DNA from: Eledone cirrhosa
Lineage: Eukaryota
Direction of reading: 5' to 3'
Assembly: GCA_964016885.1 (NCBI GenBank)
Contig: OZ024747.1
Location: forward strand, 32,736,001 to 32,800,000
Length of the DNA: 64,000 nucleotides
Shown: piece by piece, positions 38,610 through 55,664 of the stretch
How the letters are laid out: each line of letters begins with the position of its first letter
Numbering within the stretch: position 1 is the stretch's first letter
Notes under the pieces: model-generated
What the model was told of the DNA's origin: nothing
The model's database searches: none
What the model saw: the letters and a program-made list of their open reading frames with translations, nothing else
Position numbers and translations under genes: made by a program

Positions 38610-40660
38610 CCACACCTTTACGAAGTTAATAACCATTGATACAACCAACTTCTAACGGATAGTATCACTACTACATATCAAAAAGCTAATATACCTATAA
38701 TATCATATATAAGGAGGCTAAATTTATAGCTAGTAAATTAAAAGTAGATAACCGAACTGAAAGAATATATTACACATAAAGACCATAAATCAGACTTTAA
38801 TAACCGACCTTGTTGTAGACTTATTAACACTGCTAAATCAGAAATTGGTGTTGCTAGTAAAAAAAATCTTAAGAAATATAATCTTTCAAATAAGAGCTAA
38901 AACAGAATTATTCCAATGGTTAAACACTTCCTCTGTTATATCTTGGTTTAATAATATACACGGGAAAGGTAAGTGTAGTTTTACCCAATTTGATATAGTA
39001 GATTTATACCCGTCTATTACTCACTCTTTATTAGCTTAAACTTTAGATTTCGTTAGACAATTTATTAATATATCCAATTTAGAGGAGGATGTTATTTTAC
39101 ATGCTAGGAAAACGCTACTTTTCGCTAAAGAAGAAACTTGGGTAAAAAGATCAAACCCAGAAAACCCTTTTGATGTTTCTATGGGTTCTTTTGATAGTGC
39201 CGACGTGTGCGATTTAGTTGGATTATTTCTCCTCCACACTCTTAAAGAGAAATTTCCCAGCCATACTATCGGTTTATACAGAGAAGTTGGATTGGCAGTC
39301 CCTCATGCCACCAATGGCCATAATCTTGACAAATTCCGTAAAGATTTAATTAAAAATATTTCTAACCTAAACCTTAAAATTACTGTAGATAGTAACCTAA
39401 CTAATACTAACTTACGCGGTATCAATATTGACCTACTTACTGTTTCTTTCAAACCCTACCATAAACCTAACGAAAATATAAAATATATACACAACGAGTC
39501 TTGTCATTCTCCTATAGTATTTAAAAACCTTATTCCTAATAGTAGTCGTAGGATATCTACCATATCTTCTTCTGTAGACATTTTTTTATAAAGCAGCCCC
39601 TTATTATAATAAGGCTCTTAAAAATAGCGGTTTCAACAAACAAATCGAATATATGGGTTCTCTTCCTACTACCACTAAACACGGTAATAGGAAAAGAAAA
39701 ATAATATGGTTTACTCCACCTTTCCCATTAACAGTTAAATCTAATTTAGGCAGAAAATTCCTCGAACATTTAGACACACATTTCCCCCAACTACATAGAT
39801 ATAATAAGATCTTTAATAGAAATGTAGTTAAAATTAGCTACTGTTGCTGTCCATCCATGAAATCTCAGAGTACCAACACGAATATCAATAAAGGAAATCC
39901 AGAATCTAGTTGCAGAAACGCTGAAGAGTGCCTTTTACAGGGCAAATACGAAATCGATCGTATACGAGGCTAAATTAACACCTATTGACAATAACCAACC
40001 AGCCATGAGTGAGCGATATGTGGGTATGACGCAAGATATATTCAAACTCATATACTACGCACCCAGATAAAAGGAACACTACGGCGCCGGTAAATAAAGT
40101 GTGGGAGTTAAAAGAACGTTGGGTTCCATATTTGATTGGTTGGTCCATTTTAGACTACTCAAAGAATATCAGAAAGGCACAAAAAAATGTTCTTTGTGAA
40201 TAACCGAAAAATACAGAATCCTGCAAATTTGATATCTCCTAATACTCGCCTCAATTCTAAACTGAGATCTTCAGAAGTTGTCCACACATGAAATCACAAC
40301 TTCTTTCCAGCTGGTATAATATACCTTTGGACATTCAACCACCCTGAACTTCCTCCTATTACGAATTAACTCTTCCACTCACTCTCCTGGTCTCTTTATG
40401 AACGCATACATTTAACTACAACCATTACATACAATAAACACCCACTTATTTATTATAGTTATATCCCCTTTGTCATACCTTTAGCACACACACACCGACC
40501 GTTTTCATTCTTTCCACCTTTCATAACTTATTAGAGACTTTGAACACTTCTTCCTTTTTAACCTTTAACCATACTTTTATCTACAACCACAACTCACAAA
40601 AAAACACTCATATATCCACTTTAATCACATGTCCTTTGCCATACCCTTAACACACACATA
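38610..40660 (+). mobile_element. Naiad-type PLE, decayed RT plus endonuclease
   Basis: KDHK..CRLIN..KSEIG, QFDIVDLYPSI, MGSFDSADVCDLVG, GLYR(EV)GL, PYHKPN, RKRKIIWFTPPF, KISYCC, CRNAEECLLQG. Confidence 0.88.
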
Positions 40661-40766
40661 TTTATGTATGTATGTATATATGTATGTATTTATGTATATA
40701 TGTGTGTATGAATGTGCATGTCTATAAATGTGTATGTATATGTTCTGCATGTACGTAAGTGTGCAA

Positions 40767-40852
<86 letters not shown>

Positions 40853-41149
40853 TGGTAGCTAAGATGTTTCCATAGGCGGTATGCCGGTTGAGCACTTTAC
40901 AGAGTATGATAAAATAGAAAACGAAAAATCAGACTTCGTTCAATTTCTGTGCATATTGTTAATTGTGATTTTATTTGATATATCATATCTACATGCACAT
41001 ATATTTGAGTATAATATCAATATACACACTACACACGCTAGGAGGAAACAAGTTTTCCTGCTAGTATAGATAATTAATTATATAAACATATACAGCACAC
41101 AATGCGTACATAAACACATATAAATATATACACGCATACACATATTCAT

Positions 41150-41191
<42 letters not shown>

Positions 41192-41195
<4 letters not shown>

Positions 41196-42538
41196 TAATA
41201 TGTATGTGATGAAACACAGATACCAACACATCTGTATATATATTGCGAAAGAAAAATTTAGCCAGATTGAAGTATACTAATTATTATACTACAGTTTGTC
41301 CATATCGATTTAAAATAATAAATCAATGGAGACGAACTGTATTGGCAAAAGGCCGTGATGTTTAGACACATTTAAATTTCAAAATCAAACCTGTTCCGTA
41401 GATAAGTTTAGACTTTAAGATCCAAATATGTTTCGAGTTAAATAAGTGTAGGAATATCAAGTCCCGCACTCCTCAGTAAACATCCAGAGACAAATTGATA
41501 TGCTTCACTTCTAAATAATTTAAAAGACTGCGTGGCGCACATGGCTTTACAGTATCTAACTAGTCTCATAACCGTACTGCTAGAAATAACAGTCGTGTAT
41601 ATGAGGTGGCTTTGCAGCTCAAACTAGGAGCAGATTAAAATTAATAAGGTAATGAATTCTTTTACAATGGAATCAGCTCGAATGAGGAAAAAATATATCC
41701 CATGAGCAGTGTATAAATTAATATGTATGTGATGAAACACAGATACCAACACATCTGTATATATATATTGCGAAAGAAAAATTTAGCCAGATTGAAGTAT
41801 ACTAATTATTATACTACAGTTTGTCCATATCGATTTAAAATAATAAATCAACGGAGACGAACTGTATTGGCAAAAGGCCGTGATGTTTAGACACATTTAA
41901 ATTTCAAAATCAAACCTGTTCCGTAGATAAGTTTAGACTTTAAGATCCAAATATGTTTCGAGTTAAATAAGTGTAGGAATATCAAGTCCCGCTCTCCTCA
42001 GTAAACATCCAGAGACAAATTGATATGCTTCACTTCTAAATAATTTAAAAGACTGCGTGGCGCACATGGCTTTACAGTATCTAACTAGTCTCATAACCGT
42101 ACTGCTAGAAATAACAGTCGTGTATATGAGGCGGCTTTGCAGCTCAAACTAGGAGCAGATTAAAATTAATAAGGTAATGAATTCTTTTACAATGGAATCA
42201 GCTCGAATGAGGAAAAAATATATCCCATGAGCAGTGTATAAATTAATATGTATGTGATGAAACACAGATACCAACACATCTGTATATATATATTGCGAAA
42301 GAAAAATTTAGCCAGATTGAAGTATGCTAATTATTATACTACAGTTTGTCCATATCGATTTAAAATAATAAATCAACGGAGACGAACTGTATTGGCAAAA
42401 GGCCGTGATGTTTAGACACATTTAAATTTCAAAATCAAACCTGTTCCGTAGATAAGTTTAGACTTTAAGATCCAAATATGTTTCGAGTTAAATAAGTGTA
42501 GGAATATCAAGTCCCGCACTCCTCAGTAAACATCCAGA
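41192..42538 (-). mobile_element. Tandem array of about 2.6 copies of a 525-nt non-coding unit, each with a hammerhead motif (41420-41481, 41945-42006, 42470-42531), in (TA)n
   Basis: The units are near-identical. The minus strand reads gttta-CTGAGGA-g(a/t)g...ctc-GAAA-cata-tt-tggat. Diverged relative of 30073-31298. Confidence 0.85.
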
Positions 42539-42623
42539 TTATTAATATATATATATATATATATATAAATATTAAAACAATGAAATTAAACACAAAACTG
42601 TTAATTCATAATGAAACTCATTA

Positions 42624-42810
42624 CGGTGGATTGGCAGTATCGGTAGAGGGTCGGACGCCATGCTTTCCAGCATAGTTACCTCCCTTTACGATCTGAGTTC
42701 AAATCCCGCCGAGGTTGACTTTGCCTTTCATCCTTACGGGGTCGATAAAATAAAGTACCAGTAATGCACTGGGTAATTGCTGGCCTTGTGCCTAAAGTAG
42801 AAACAATTAT
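42624..42810 (+). mobile_element. tRNA-derived SINE inserted in the left arm, splitting hammerhead stem I
   Basis: A-box tggcagtatcgg and B-box gagttcaaatccc. It is absent from the right arm. Confidence 0.9.
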
Positions 42811-43780
42811 TTTACGATCGTTTCTGGGGGTAGTTCCTGCATGTTCATTCAATTATTGATCTATGTAAAACATATTACGAAATATCATAGTAAGAAAAAG
42901 ATACATACGTCTTCACGACCCGCCGTCTTCAGAAATAATGAGTTTTGTTTATTGAAGAATACAAAAAAACATACATATGAATAAGTAAGGTTTTATAACC
43001 AGGTTGAAATTGACCAATTGCAAGAATGGATAGAGGCAGTATAGATACTTAAAGTTGGTGGTAGTAGATGAATAAATAGGCCATATATACAAACGGTTGT
43101 AATTGTAGAATAAAAGATAATTGCCCCTTGCTTAATTAATAATATAGTATATAAATGTGTAATCACCACAAAGGACTCTAATCAATCCTATATAGGATCC
43201 ACTTCTAATCCATTTAAATCGAGATTTTATGCACACACCCACAGTTTCCGAAACACAAAATTAGCTAATACCTCTTCTTTAGCAGAAGTAGTTAATAATT
43301 GTAAAAAGAGGAATATTAAATATAACCTAACTTGGAAGATTCTTACGGGAGCTATTTCTTATCAGGGTAATAGAAAGGAGTGCGGACTGTGTTCCCAAGA
43401 AATTTTTGAAATTACTAAATCAAAGGACACTCTATTAAATAAAAGACAAGAATTAATTTTAGTATGTAACCATAAAATTAGAAGGACATTCAAATATTAT
43501 AAATACAACTAAACAAATATAGAAAATGATATAGGTGAATAAATGTGTGAGTATATGTGTGTGTGAATATGTATATCTGTGTGTGTATATGTATGTATAT
43601 GCATGGGTGTATGCCTATATATAGACATGTGTGAGTGTACATGTATATGTACGTATGAATATAGTAAGTGTATGTGTGTGCATGTGTATATATATATGTG
43701 TATATATGTGTGTCAGTATACGTGTGTATATGTATATATGTGTACATATATGCGTATGTAGATCTATGTACACACACAAA

Positions 43781-43842
<62 letters not shown>

Positions 43843-44250
43843 CACATTTTCTGCTACTAGAATTAATCCATAGATTTAATCCTATATCTCATCCCTATAA
43901 CTGTTTTAAGTAATGAACTATAATTAACACTATATATTACATTATTTTCAATAGTCTAACAAAATGTTTAACTAATATCCTATTAAACCTCCTTTTCCTC
44001 CACCGTAATCTTCTTGGACCATCAACACTTTTATATACAATATGTCTAAATTCATTTACACTAGCAACTTTCATTTCTTTTCTTAAAAGACATTTGATAC
44101 CTTATCCACTGATGGCCCATTTATTCATCTACTACCACCAACTTTAAGGATCTATACTGCCCCTTTCCATTCTTGACATTGGTCAATTTCAACCTGGTTA
44201 TAAAACCTTACTTATTCATGTGTATGTTTTTTTGTATTCTTCAATAAACA

Positions 44251-44398
44251 AAACTCATTATTTCTGAAGACGGCGGGTAGTAAAGGCGTATGTATTTTTT
44301 TCTTACTATGATATTTTGTAATATGTTTTACATAGATCAATAATTGAATGAACATACATGGAACTACCCCCCAGAAACGATCGTAAAATAATGAGTTT
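44251..44398 (+). ncRNA. Type-I hammerhead with 13-bp stem I and about 103-nt stem II region (mirror copy 42806-42945 on the minus strand)
   Basis: aaactcattattt-CTGAAGA-cggcgggtagt...actaccccca-GAAA-cgatcg-ta-aaataatgagttt. Confidence 0.82.
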
Positions 44399-44597
44399 CA
44401 CTATGAATAAACAGTTTTGTGTTTAATTTCATTGTTTTAATATTTCTATTTTGACTCTGTATCCAATTGAATTATATCGTTGAAAATTTTGTTTTTTAAA
44501 CTTTGCTTCACATCTTCTACATACGGATTACATTAAGTTCTTCATACGGTTTAGACCCTATCATTGATTGGTAGATTCATCTGTGTATAAATATATA

Positions 44598-47500
44598 TCA
44601 TCATCATCATCATCATCATTTCACGTCCGCTTTTCTCTGCTTGCAAGGGTGGCACACGCCCTATTCAGCACAGCATCTCTCCACTTGTCATGGTCCTTCG
44701 TCATCTCCTCCGTGAGCTTCAGCGACCTGAGGTCTGCTCTCACCACCTCCGCCCAGGTTTTTCGTGGTTTTCCTCTAGTGCGTTTTCCTTCTACTGGGAT
44801 TTCTTGGCACTTCTTTACCCAGCGGTCATCCTCCATGCGCATCACATGTCCATACCATCGTAGTCTTCTCTCCCGCACACTACAGCTTATCCCTCTTATA
44901 CACAGTTTCTCTCTAAACGCATCTATGCTTGGTCGTTTACGCACATTGACATTGCGCATCCAACGGAGCATGCTTGCTTCATTTATCTCCAGCCGTCGCA
45001 TACCCTCTGCAGTTGCAGTCCATGTCCCACTACCATGCAGCATCGCGGATCTCACACAGGCATCCTATGACAGGCCTTTCTTACGCAGGGAGAAAGCCTT
45101 CTTTGTCAACAGAGGAAGCAGCTCCCTAAACTTCTTCCAAGCCGTCGTTATTCTAGATACTATGGCCTCAGAACACACCCTCCCATACTAATATGATCAG
45201 CTAGGTACCGGAAGCTATCAACCACTTCTATAGAACCCACTTGCATTTGCGACTTCTACTGTCAAATTTCCCTGTACATCTACTGCATGCGTAGTTTTCC
45301 CTATCTGTTAGTTTGCCTGCTATCCCACTACATCTCCTGCGTACCCAAGATCTGCATTGTGTACATTTTATAGAATTTATGCCAGTTCCTTTTCTACATA
45401 TCGAACATGGCCTTTTCCCTGATGGAATCAGAGTTTTGTCCTCTTTTCTACTCATCAACACTTTTGTCTTACCTATGTTCAGTCTCAGACCCCTTGATTC
45501 CAACTGCTGTTTCCATAGCCAGAATTTCTTCTCTAGTTCCTCTACTGAGTCTGCTATAAGAACCAGATCATCAGCATAGAGAGGTTCCCATGGGCAGCCA
45601 GTCTTAAACTCCTCTGTAATGGCTTGGAGGACTATAATGAAGAAGATCGGACTGAGGACCCAACCTTTATGCACTCCTACTTGTATCTGGAATTCCTCAC
45701 TAAACTCCATTCCTACTCTCACTTTACTGACAGCACCTCTGTACAAAGCTTGCATTGTCCTCTACAGTTAGTTTCCTTAAGTACCACCAAATGACGGATC
45801 GGGATACCCTATCAACGGCCTTCTCTAGGTCAACAAAAGTTAAATATAATAGCTTATTCTTCTCTAAGAACCTCTTCTGTAGTTGCCTCCCTAAGAAGAG
45901 GGCAACTGTTGTACATTTCCCAAGCACAAAACCAAACTGTATCTTATCTAATTTGGCCCTTTCTATAATTAGTTGCGCTTATATTCTCTCTGCCACTTTC
46001 ATAACCTGATCCATCAGCTTTATACCCCTATAACTGCTCCTCTCCAGAGCATCCCCTTTACTTTTGTAGCAATTTATGAGAATACTGTTGCACCAATCTT
46101 TGGTTATGACACCACCATATATAGCCTGATTGATGATGCGTGCAAACATTTTAGTGCCTACGTCCCCTGATGCCTTCGTCATCTCAGCAACTATCCCCGA
46201 TGGTCCAGCAGCCTTACCATTTTTCATTTCCTTAATTGCCTCTTGGTCCCATAGTTGTCAATCTCAATAGCTGGTCCCTCTGTCGGGTCTACTAGGGGTA
46301 ATTTCTCTCTCTCCCATTCGTTCTCTACTAAGTACACCAGCATCACACCTATCTCCAACAACATCCTGATTTATACTGACACACTGCCTTGCAATGTGGA
46401 ATACCGCATGTCTCTGATCTTCCCATCGCAGAACATTGGGAAACCTCCTACTCTCAGTCTCCCTGCGTAATTAAGTACACCTGACGTCTAGCTTCTCTGT
46501 TAGCATTCCATGCTAGTCCTTTGTCTATAATGGCCTTATCTACCGCGCTGTTCCACCATCAGGTCATTCTCTATCTGGTCGGAGCTCTGGTCCAGCCACA
46601 AGTTTCTTCAGTAACCTGCAGTAAGTTGTCACGTAAGAAATTCCAGTTATCATCTGTCATAGGATTCTAAATTGTCTTCTTTTTCCTCATACAAATCTTG
46701 AAGGGCTTTCCTAAATTTATATTTTAGTGAAAGGTCTTTTAGCATCCAGACCTTTCTTTTCTACACCTTCCTGTATGTCTCATTTTGTCTCTTGCTTACT
46801 GAGATATCACTAACGACTAACCTATGCTGTGGGGTACATGTTTCTCCAGGATATGCCTTAGTATTTGACACTATCTGTCTGTATCGCTGCCTAACTAGCA
46901 AGAAGTCAATCCGGCTGATGTGCTCGCCTGATTTGTATGTTATTAAGTGGTTGGCAGGTTTCTGGAAGTTAGTGCTGCAAATGGTTAGTTCAGTTGCATC
47001 ACAAAATTAAAGAAGCCTCACTCCTTCTTCGTTTCTTGAACCGTAACCATGACCAACATGTACCCCAGTGTATCCATCCTGGAACTGTCCAACATAACCA
47101 TTGAAGTCCCCTGCTAGCATAATGATGTCTCCGTCCTCTGTCCTTGTGGCTGTTTGTAAAAGTTGCTCGTAAAAGCAGTCTTTCTCTTCTTTACCTAGGC
47201 CTGCCTGGGGAGCATAGCCAGAGATGATTGTCAGTAGTCTCTTGCCTACAACTAACCTAAGCTTAATTATTCTGTTACTACCTCTATTGACTTATCGGTC
47301 CATCTCTCAGCCAGTAAAATGCGTACCCCATCTAACCGATCATCCTTACCCACCCAGAAAAGCTTATAACAAAGATGTTTGCTTGCGATTAGTTTTGCTG
47401 AGGCATCACTCCATCTCACCTCTTGCACTCAGCACACATCCACATGCCTTCTCTCCAGCATCTTTACAATCTCACCAGATCTACCTGTTAGAGTGCCAAC

Positions 47501-48245
47501 ATTAAGTGTGGCAACTCTGAGATGCGACGTCTTCATATTCTTGTTCTTGTTCCTATTGTGCGATTGCTTGATGACGGTCAGGGGTTCTCGCACATGGCCG
47601 CACCAGCTACCCCACTACTGTGCGCAGCCTTAACGTGGTTAGTGTCATTGCTGTTTACGCAGTTGTTGTTGTTGTACGATTGCTTGAAGACGGTCGGGGG
47701 GTTCTCGCACATGGCCACACTAGCCACACCACTAACATGCGCAACCCTAATATGGTTAGTGTTATTGTTGTTTACACAGTTGTTTCAATTCTCTTCTGTT
47801 GTGTTCATAGATTTTGGCATTAATATATACTGGTTGGAAGGCCCTTTCTAATACTAGCACCACTTTACAGCATGGACTGGGTGCTTTTATCCATGCCACC
47901 AGCACTAGAGAGGTTGTCCTACTGGACTTATGGGCCCTCTCCAACCCCCCATTTTACAACATGGACTAGGTGCTTTTATTCGTGCCACCAGCACTAGGGA
48001 AGGTGTCTTACTGGACTTAAGGCACTTCTCTACCCCGCACCAATTTATTTGTAGAGGTAGCTCTCCTATACAGGTTGGCTACGCTACGGATTTCAGAGCC
48101 TCCGCGCCGTCCTGTGTCAGCGCTGAGCGGAACTTGGTTTAACTTGCTATGTGCACGAGTGTTTAGCATACAATGACAGGCATGCATACCGGAAGTTGAT
48201 ACATATAGGTTGAGTGGGAGGGATGAGAAATGGCGATTTCCTAGC
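44598..48245 (-). mobile_element. RTE-clade LINE, near full length and heavily frameshifted, with PHD-like insert and (GAT)n tail
   Basis: KNGKAAGP, FVDLEKA, YADD, RRLRWYGHV, RGKPRKTW; APE remnants at 46800-47520; (tca)n at 44598-44618. The 5' end is approximate. Confidence 0.9.
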
Positions 48246-48312
48246 CTCTGTTATCCTAAACACGGCTATTCTATATGAGCAATTTTCCGTTACGAATATA
48301 CGCACATACACA

Positions 48313-48357
<45 letters not shown>

Positions 48358-48546
48358 CAGCTATATAAATACAAACAGACATTAGTACATATATCTATAT
48401 ATATATAAATAAACATCGAAAGAAGGAAATTGACAATTTTTTCACTTATCTTCTCTACGCCGAATTATCAGTCTAATATATATATATATATTAGCCTTCA
48501 AATTTATTATTATTACTATATATATATATGTATGTATGTGTGTGTG

Positions 48547-48600
<54 letters not shown>

Positions 48601-49682
48601 TAGTGGTGGAACACTGGAAGGTAATATCCGTAGTGGTAGAGCACTCAGTCCAAGGGACGAGTTAGGTAGAAGTGGTTACACAACAGTTAGTTGACCATAC
48701 CGAGATCAATTGTTTCACCTTAGCGGATCCTCAGCTCGGAATGGGCATGGTTATAGGAACAGGAAGGACAACCGTACGAACGCGCATGCACAGAAACCCA
48801 GTCACTTCACACAGGCAATACTAGACTGCGTGCGGGAGGTGTAAGGGAGATAACTGCGAAAGTCCGAAAAGTTTTTAGGTTGAAAATAAAATTACAAGGA
48901 ATCAGTCCGGAGCCTTGTAGTTTTGCAATAGGTGTTTGGCGACGTGTGAAAAATTCACTTCTCGTTTTTAGGCAATCACTATTGCGTAATCTCTTTAGAA
49001 TAGTTATTCGTTCGTCAATACATAAGCCACACGTCGGATTTCCCCTTGCGTATGGCTTGGACTTAGTGATGGCTTTTCATTGAATGGAGTAGTCTATACT
49101 TGAGTCCTTGAGGGACCATACGTGGCTCGCGAGTTTCGTGGATGAACGTCTGTGCGGGTACCTGAAGGTAGACTGGTGGTTCAGCAAACGTTCCTTGAAT
49201 CGGCCCTCCGCCATGCCCACATAGGATTTGACCTCCTGTGGTTCGTTTGGTCGGTTGGAAGTGACCACACCTTCATAGATTACAGCTGGTGTGTTGCATT
49301 GCTGTTGAAAGGGGCAAGCTTCAGGCTTACGGCAAGAGCACCCTGGTGGGGTGTTGCTCCTAGGGCTGCTGGTGATGTAGGCCTCCATGTTCTTTCGCAG
49401 GAGTATCCTAGTTTAACTTTGTGTCGTTTAAAGATGGAGCGGTATTTATGACCTATGGGGTGTCTATCTAAGAGGGCTACAAATTTTTGTCTAAGTGGTA
49501 TTTATGACCTATGGGGTCTAAGTGTCTATCTAAGAGGGCTACAAATTTTTGAAAAAAACTTTTCAAAAAATTTTTGGAAAAAAATTTGTAACCCTCTTAG
49601 ATAGACACTTCCCCATAGGTCATAAATACCGCTCCATCTTTAAACGACACAAAGTTAAACTAGGATACTCCTGCGAAAGAAC

Positions 49683-50180
49683 ATGAAGGCCTACATCACC
49701 AGCAGCCCTAGGAGCAACACCCCACCAGGGTGCTCTTGCCGTAAGCCTGAAGCTTGCCCCTTTCAACAGCAATGCAACACACCAGCTGTAATCTATGAAG
49801 GTGTGGTCACTTCCAACCGACCAAACGAACCACAGGAGGTCAAATCCTATGTGGGCATGGCGGAGGGCCGATTCAAGGAACGTTTGCTGAACCACCAGTC
49901 TACCTTCAGGTATTCGCACAGACGTTCATCCACGAAACTCGCGAGCCACGTATGGTCCCTCAAGGACTCAAGTATAGACTACTCCATTCAATGGAAAGCC
50001 ATCACTAAGTCCAAGCCATACGCAAGGGGAAATCCGACGTGTGGCTTATGTATTGACAAACGAATAACTATTCTAAAGAGATTACGCAATAGTGATTGCC
50101 TAAACACGAGAAGTGAATTTTTCACACGTTGTCCACACGTCGCCAAACACCTATTGCATAACTACAAGGCTCCGGACTGA
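49683..50180 (+). pseudogene. Naiad-type GIY-YIG endonuclease domain (RT missing)
   Basis: CSCRKPEACPFQQQC..VIYEG..YVGMAEGRFKERLLNH..LASHVWSLK..CGLC..LNTRSE..CPH. Confidence 0.85.
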
Positions 50181-50342
50181 TTCCTTGTAATTTTATTTTC
50201 AACCTAAAAACTTTTCGGACTTTCGCAGTTATCTCCCATACACCTCTCGCACGCAGTCTAGTATTGCCTGTGTGAAGTAACCGGGTTTCTGCGCATGCGC
50301 GTTCGTACGGTTGTCCTTCCTGTTCCTATAACCATGCCCTTT

Positions 50343-50382
50343 CCGAGCTGAGGATCCGCTAAGGGGAAACAATTGTTCTCGG
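50343..50382 (+). ncRNA. Minimal type-I hammerhead (mutated mirror copy 48700-48739; decayed pieces at 25383-25658)
   Basis: ccgag-CTGAGGA-tcc-gctaa-ggg-GAAA-caattg-tt-ctcgg. Confidence 0.82.
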
Positions 50383-50429
50383 TATGGTGAACTAACTGTT
50401 GTGTAAACATTTCAATATATATATATATA

Positions 50430-50955
50430 TAATAAGGGTTGACTGACCCAGCATATTTATCAATGCCAGTACCGGTTGTATCTCAGCGCACTCAATGGAC
50501 AATGTAAGATACATTACCAGAGTATACACATAGTTATTTGCCTCAACACAACACACGTAAAACGGGTGCCTATAAGGTTCCCGGACTCGAGTTTCTGCCT
50601 CACTAATGCAGCAGTAAGGTGCACTACACCATCTGTCTGCATATATTATGCAACAATGCACAATCGGCTTATGCGGCTTCATCAGCGGGTATCGCTTAAT
50701 CAATAACCAATCGATCGACAGAATCCAAACACCGGCCCAAGCCGGTCATGACTGTTTGTGACAACCGACACGGTAAAGCGATTAGCAACTGGCAACCGAT
50801 AGGACTCTATCTCACCACTAGCCACTGATTTACAAATTTTACGTGGGGACGGGAAGCTAAAAAGAATCAATCTTTAGTTCCTGTCAGAAGCACTCAGCCA
50901 ACGTGTCTCACACACAAATTATCAAGGGGTGAAAAGATGGCTATTAGAATCGCAC
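50430..50955 (-). mobile_element. Non-coding hammerhead element (family G) in (TA)n
   Basis: Diverged reverse-complement homologue of 55990-56480. Confidence 0.75.
50580..50689 (-). ncRNA. Type-I hammerhead with about 83-nt structured stem II (family G)
   Basis: The minus strand reads cccg-CTGATGA-agcc...ggca-GAAA-ctcgag-tc-cggg. Confidence 0.78.
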
Positions 50956-51164
50956 ATATATATATATATGTGTGGGTGTATATGTATGTGTGTCTGTGTA
51001 TATATGTCTGTATTTATTTTTACCCCCTAACCTTACATTCTGTTTCAGTGTTTATATATTTTTCCCGTTATTCTATTATTTTTATTTTATTATTTTATTT
51101 CAGCCTCGCTTACAATTGTAATAGCCTTTGTTTTTAAAATCATATCTTACGTCCATATTAAATT

Positions 51165-51235
51165 TTCATTCTGATGAGCGAGTTCAGACGTCTGTGTTGA
51201 GCTCGCCTGTCTTCGTGAAACCTTTTGTAAATGGA
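51165..51235 (+). ncRNA. Type-I hammerhead (family H)
   Basis: ttcatt-CTGATGA-gcga...tcgt-GAAA-ccttttg-ta-aatgga. Decayed homologues lie at about 2540-2610 and 25878-25948. Confidence 0.7.
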
Positions 51236-51469
51236 ATAATTGTGTTATTTATTACATAATTAAATAACTCTGTAGTATCAATACAGCACTCTCCCTTCCT
51301 TTACACTTTATACGGAAATACTACATATATATATATTTATTTATTAAAATAACAGATTAAAGTTTAAGCAAAGTATAGCTGCTTTCACCTGTAACGGGAT
51401 CTCCTGAAACTCTTCAGAAGATCCTGTTAAGGGTAAAAGCAGCGATTCTTTGCTTAAACTTTAATCTGT

Positions 51470-54810
<3,341 letters not shown>

Positions 54811-54924
54811 CAAAAACCTTATGCAGTTATATGTATTTTTTATATATACAAACCCTAAATAGTGGTAGGCAGTAATGTATTACTACCTTATTACCAGTAA
54901 GTTATATTTCATATATATATATAT

Positions 54925-55650
54925 ATGAAAAACAAGGGGAGAAGAATACTGCATGGTTGCACATGGATTACATATTATAAAATTAGTCCCTCATCAGTGA
55001 TTTGCCAACCATCATTGGTATTTCATCGCATTAAAAATCAGATACTTCAGGTTGGTGCGAGCAATAACTAAAATAAGCTATTGGGACAAGTGAAACGCGT
55101 AAAGCGAGTGAGACAAGTAAACAACAGAAGGAAAAGCAAACCGAAGGTTGGAAAACAGCAAGCCACATGATAGTTATCCGATCAGCATAAGCTGGGTGAA
55201 TTCCATGAGCAGTCAGAGAAGCAGACCGTACGCCGTGAATGCGGTGTGAGAAAGAAGGAACCCAACTACTAGAGAACGGGAGGAAGTGAGAAGGGGAGAA
55301 ACAGAGAGAGAGTGAGTGGAAGTGCGAGGAGGAGGTCAGTCAAGAGAAAAAGTGTAACTGACAGAGAGGGCGAAAGAAGGTAAGAGAAACAGAGAGAACG
55401 GGGGAGCAGTAAGAGAGAAAGAGAGAAAGAGATAATCGCAGTTTAGGTAAATATATATGAAAAACAAGGGGAGAAGAATACTGCATGGTTGCACATGGAT
55501 TACATATTATAAAATTATTCCCTCATCAGTGATTTGCCAACCATCATTTGTATTTCATCGCATTAAAAATCAGATACCTCAGGTTGGTGCGAGCAATAAC
55601 TAAAATAAGCTATTGGGACAAGTGAAATGCGTAAAGCGAGTGAGACAAAT
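54925..55650. mobile_element. Non-coding partial-tandem element: direct repeats of about 190 bp, 532-nt period, in (TA)n
   Basis: gaaaaacaagggg occurs at 54927 and 55459. Each repeat has CTGATGA on the minus strand, but the rest of a hammerhead is not clearly intact. Confidence 0.7.
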
Positions 55651-55664
55651 ATATATATATATAT

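Larger units (their letters stand above)
42566..44560 (+). mobile_element. Naiad-type PLE remnant with inverted tails (42566-43085, 44110-44447) and an endonuclease fragment at about 43130-43500
   Basis: H..SFR..TSSLA..V...K..NI.YNLTWKIL..SY.GNRKECGLCSQE..LNKRQELI.VCNH. The arms are reverse complements. Confidence 0.8.
48600..50405. mobile_element. Palindromic Naiad-type PLE remnant: two head-to-head copies (48680-49460 minus, 49610-50405 plus) of endonuclease plus tail
   Basis: Mirror ORFs at 49077-49388 (-) and 49683-50180 (+). TA tracts flank both ends. Confidence 0.9.

Noticed and set aside
41192-42538. Regular repeats as a possible CRISPR array
   Set aside because: The whole 525-nt unit repeats with no unique spacers, and the context is eukaryotic.
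44568-45191. 207-aa plus-strand ORF and similar antisense ORFs over the LINEs
   Set aside because: They are shadow frames of the RTE coding strand.
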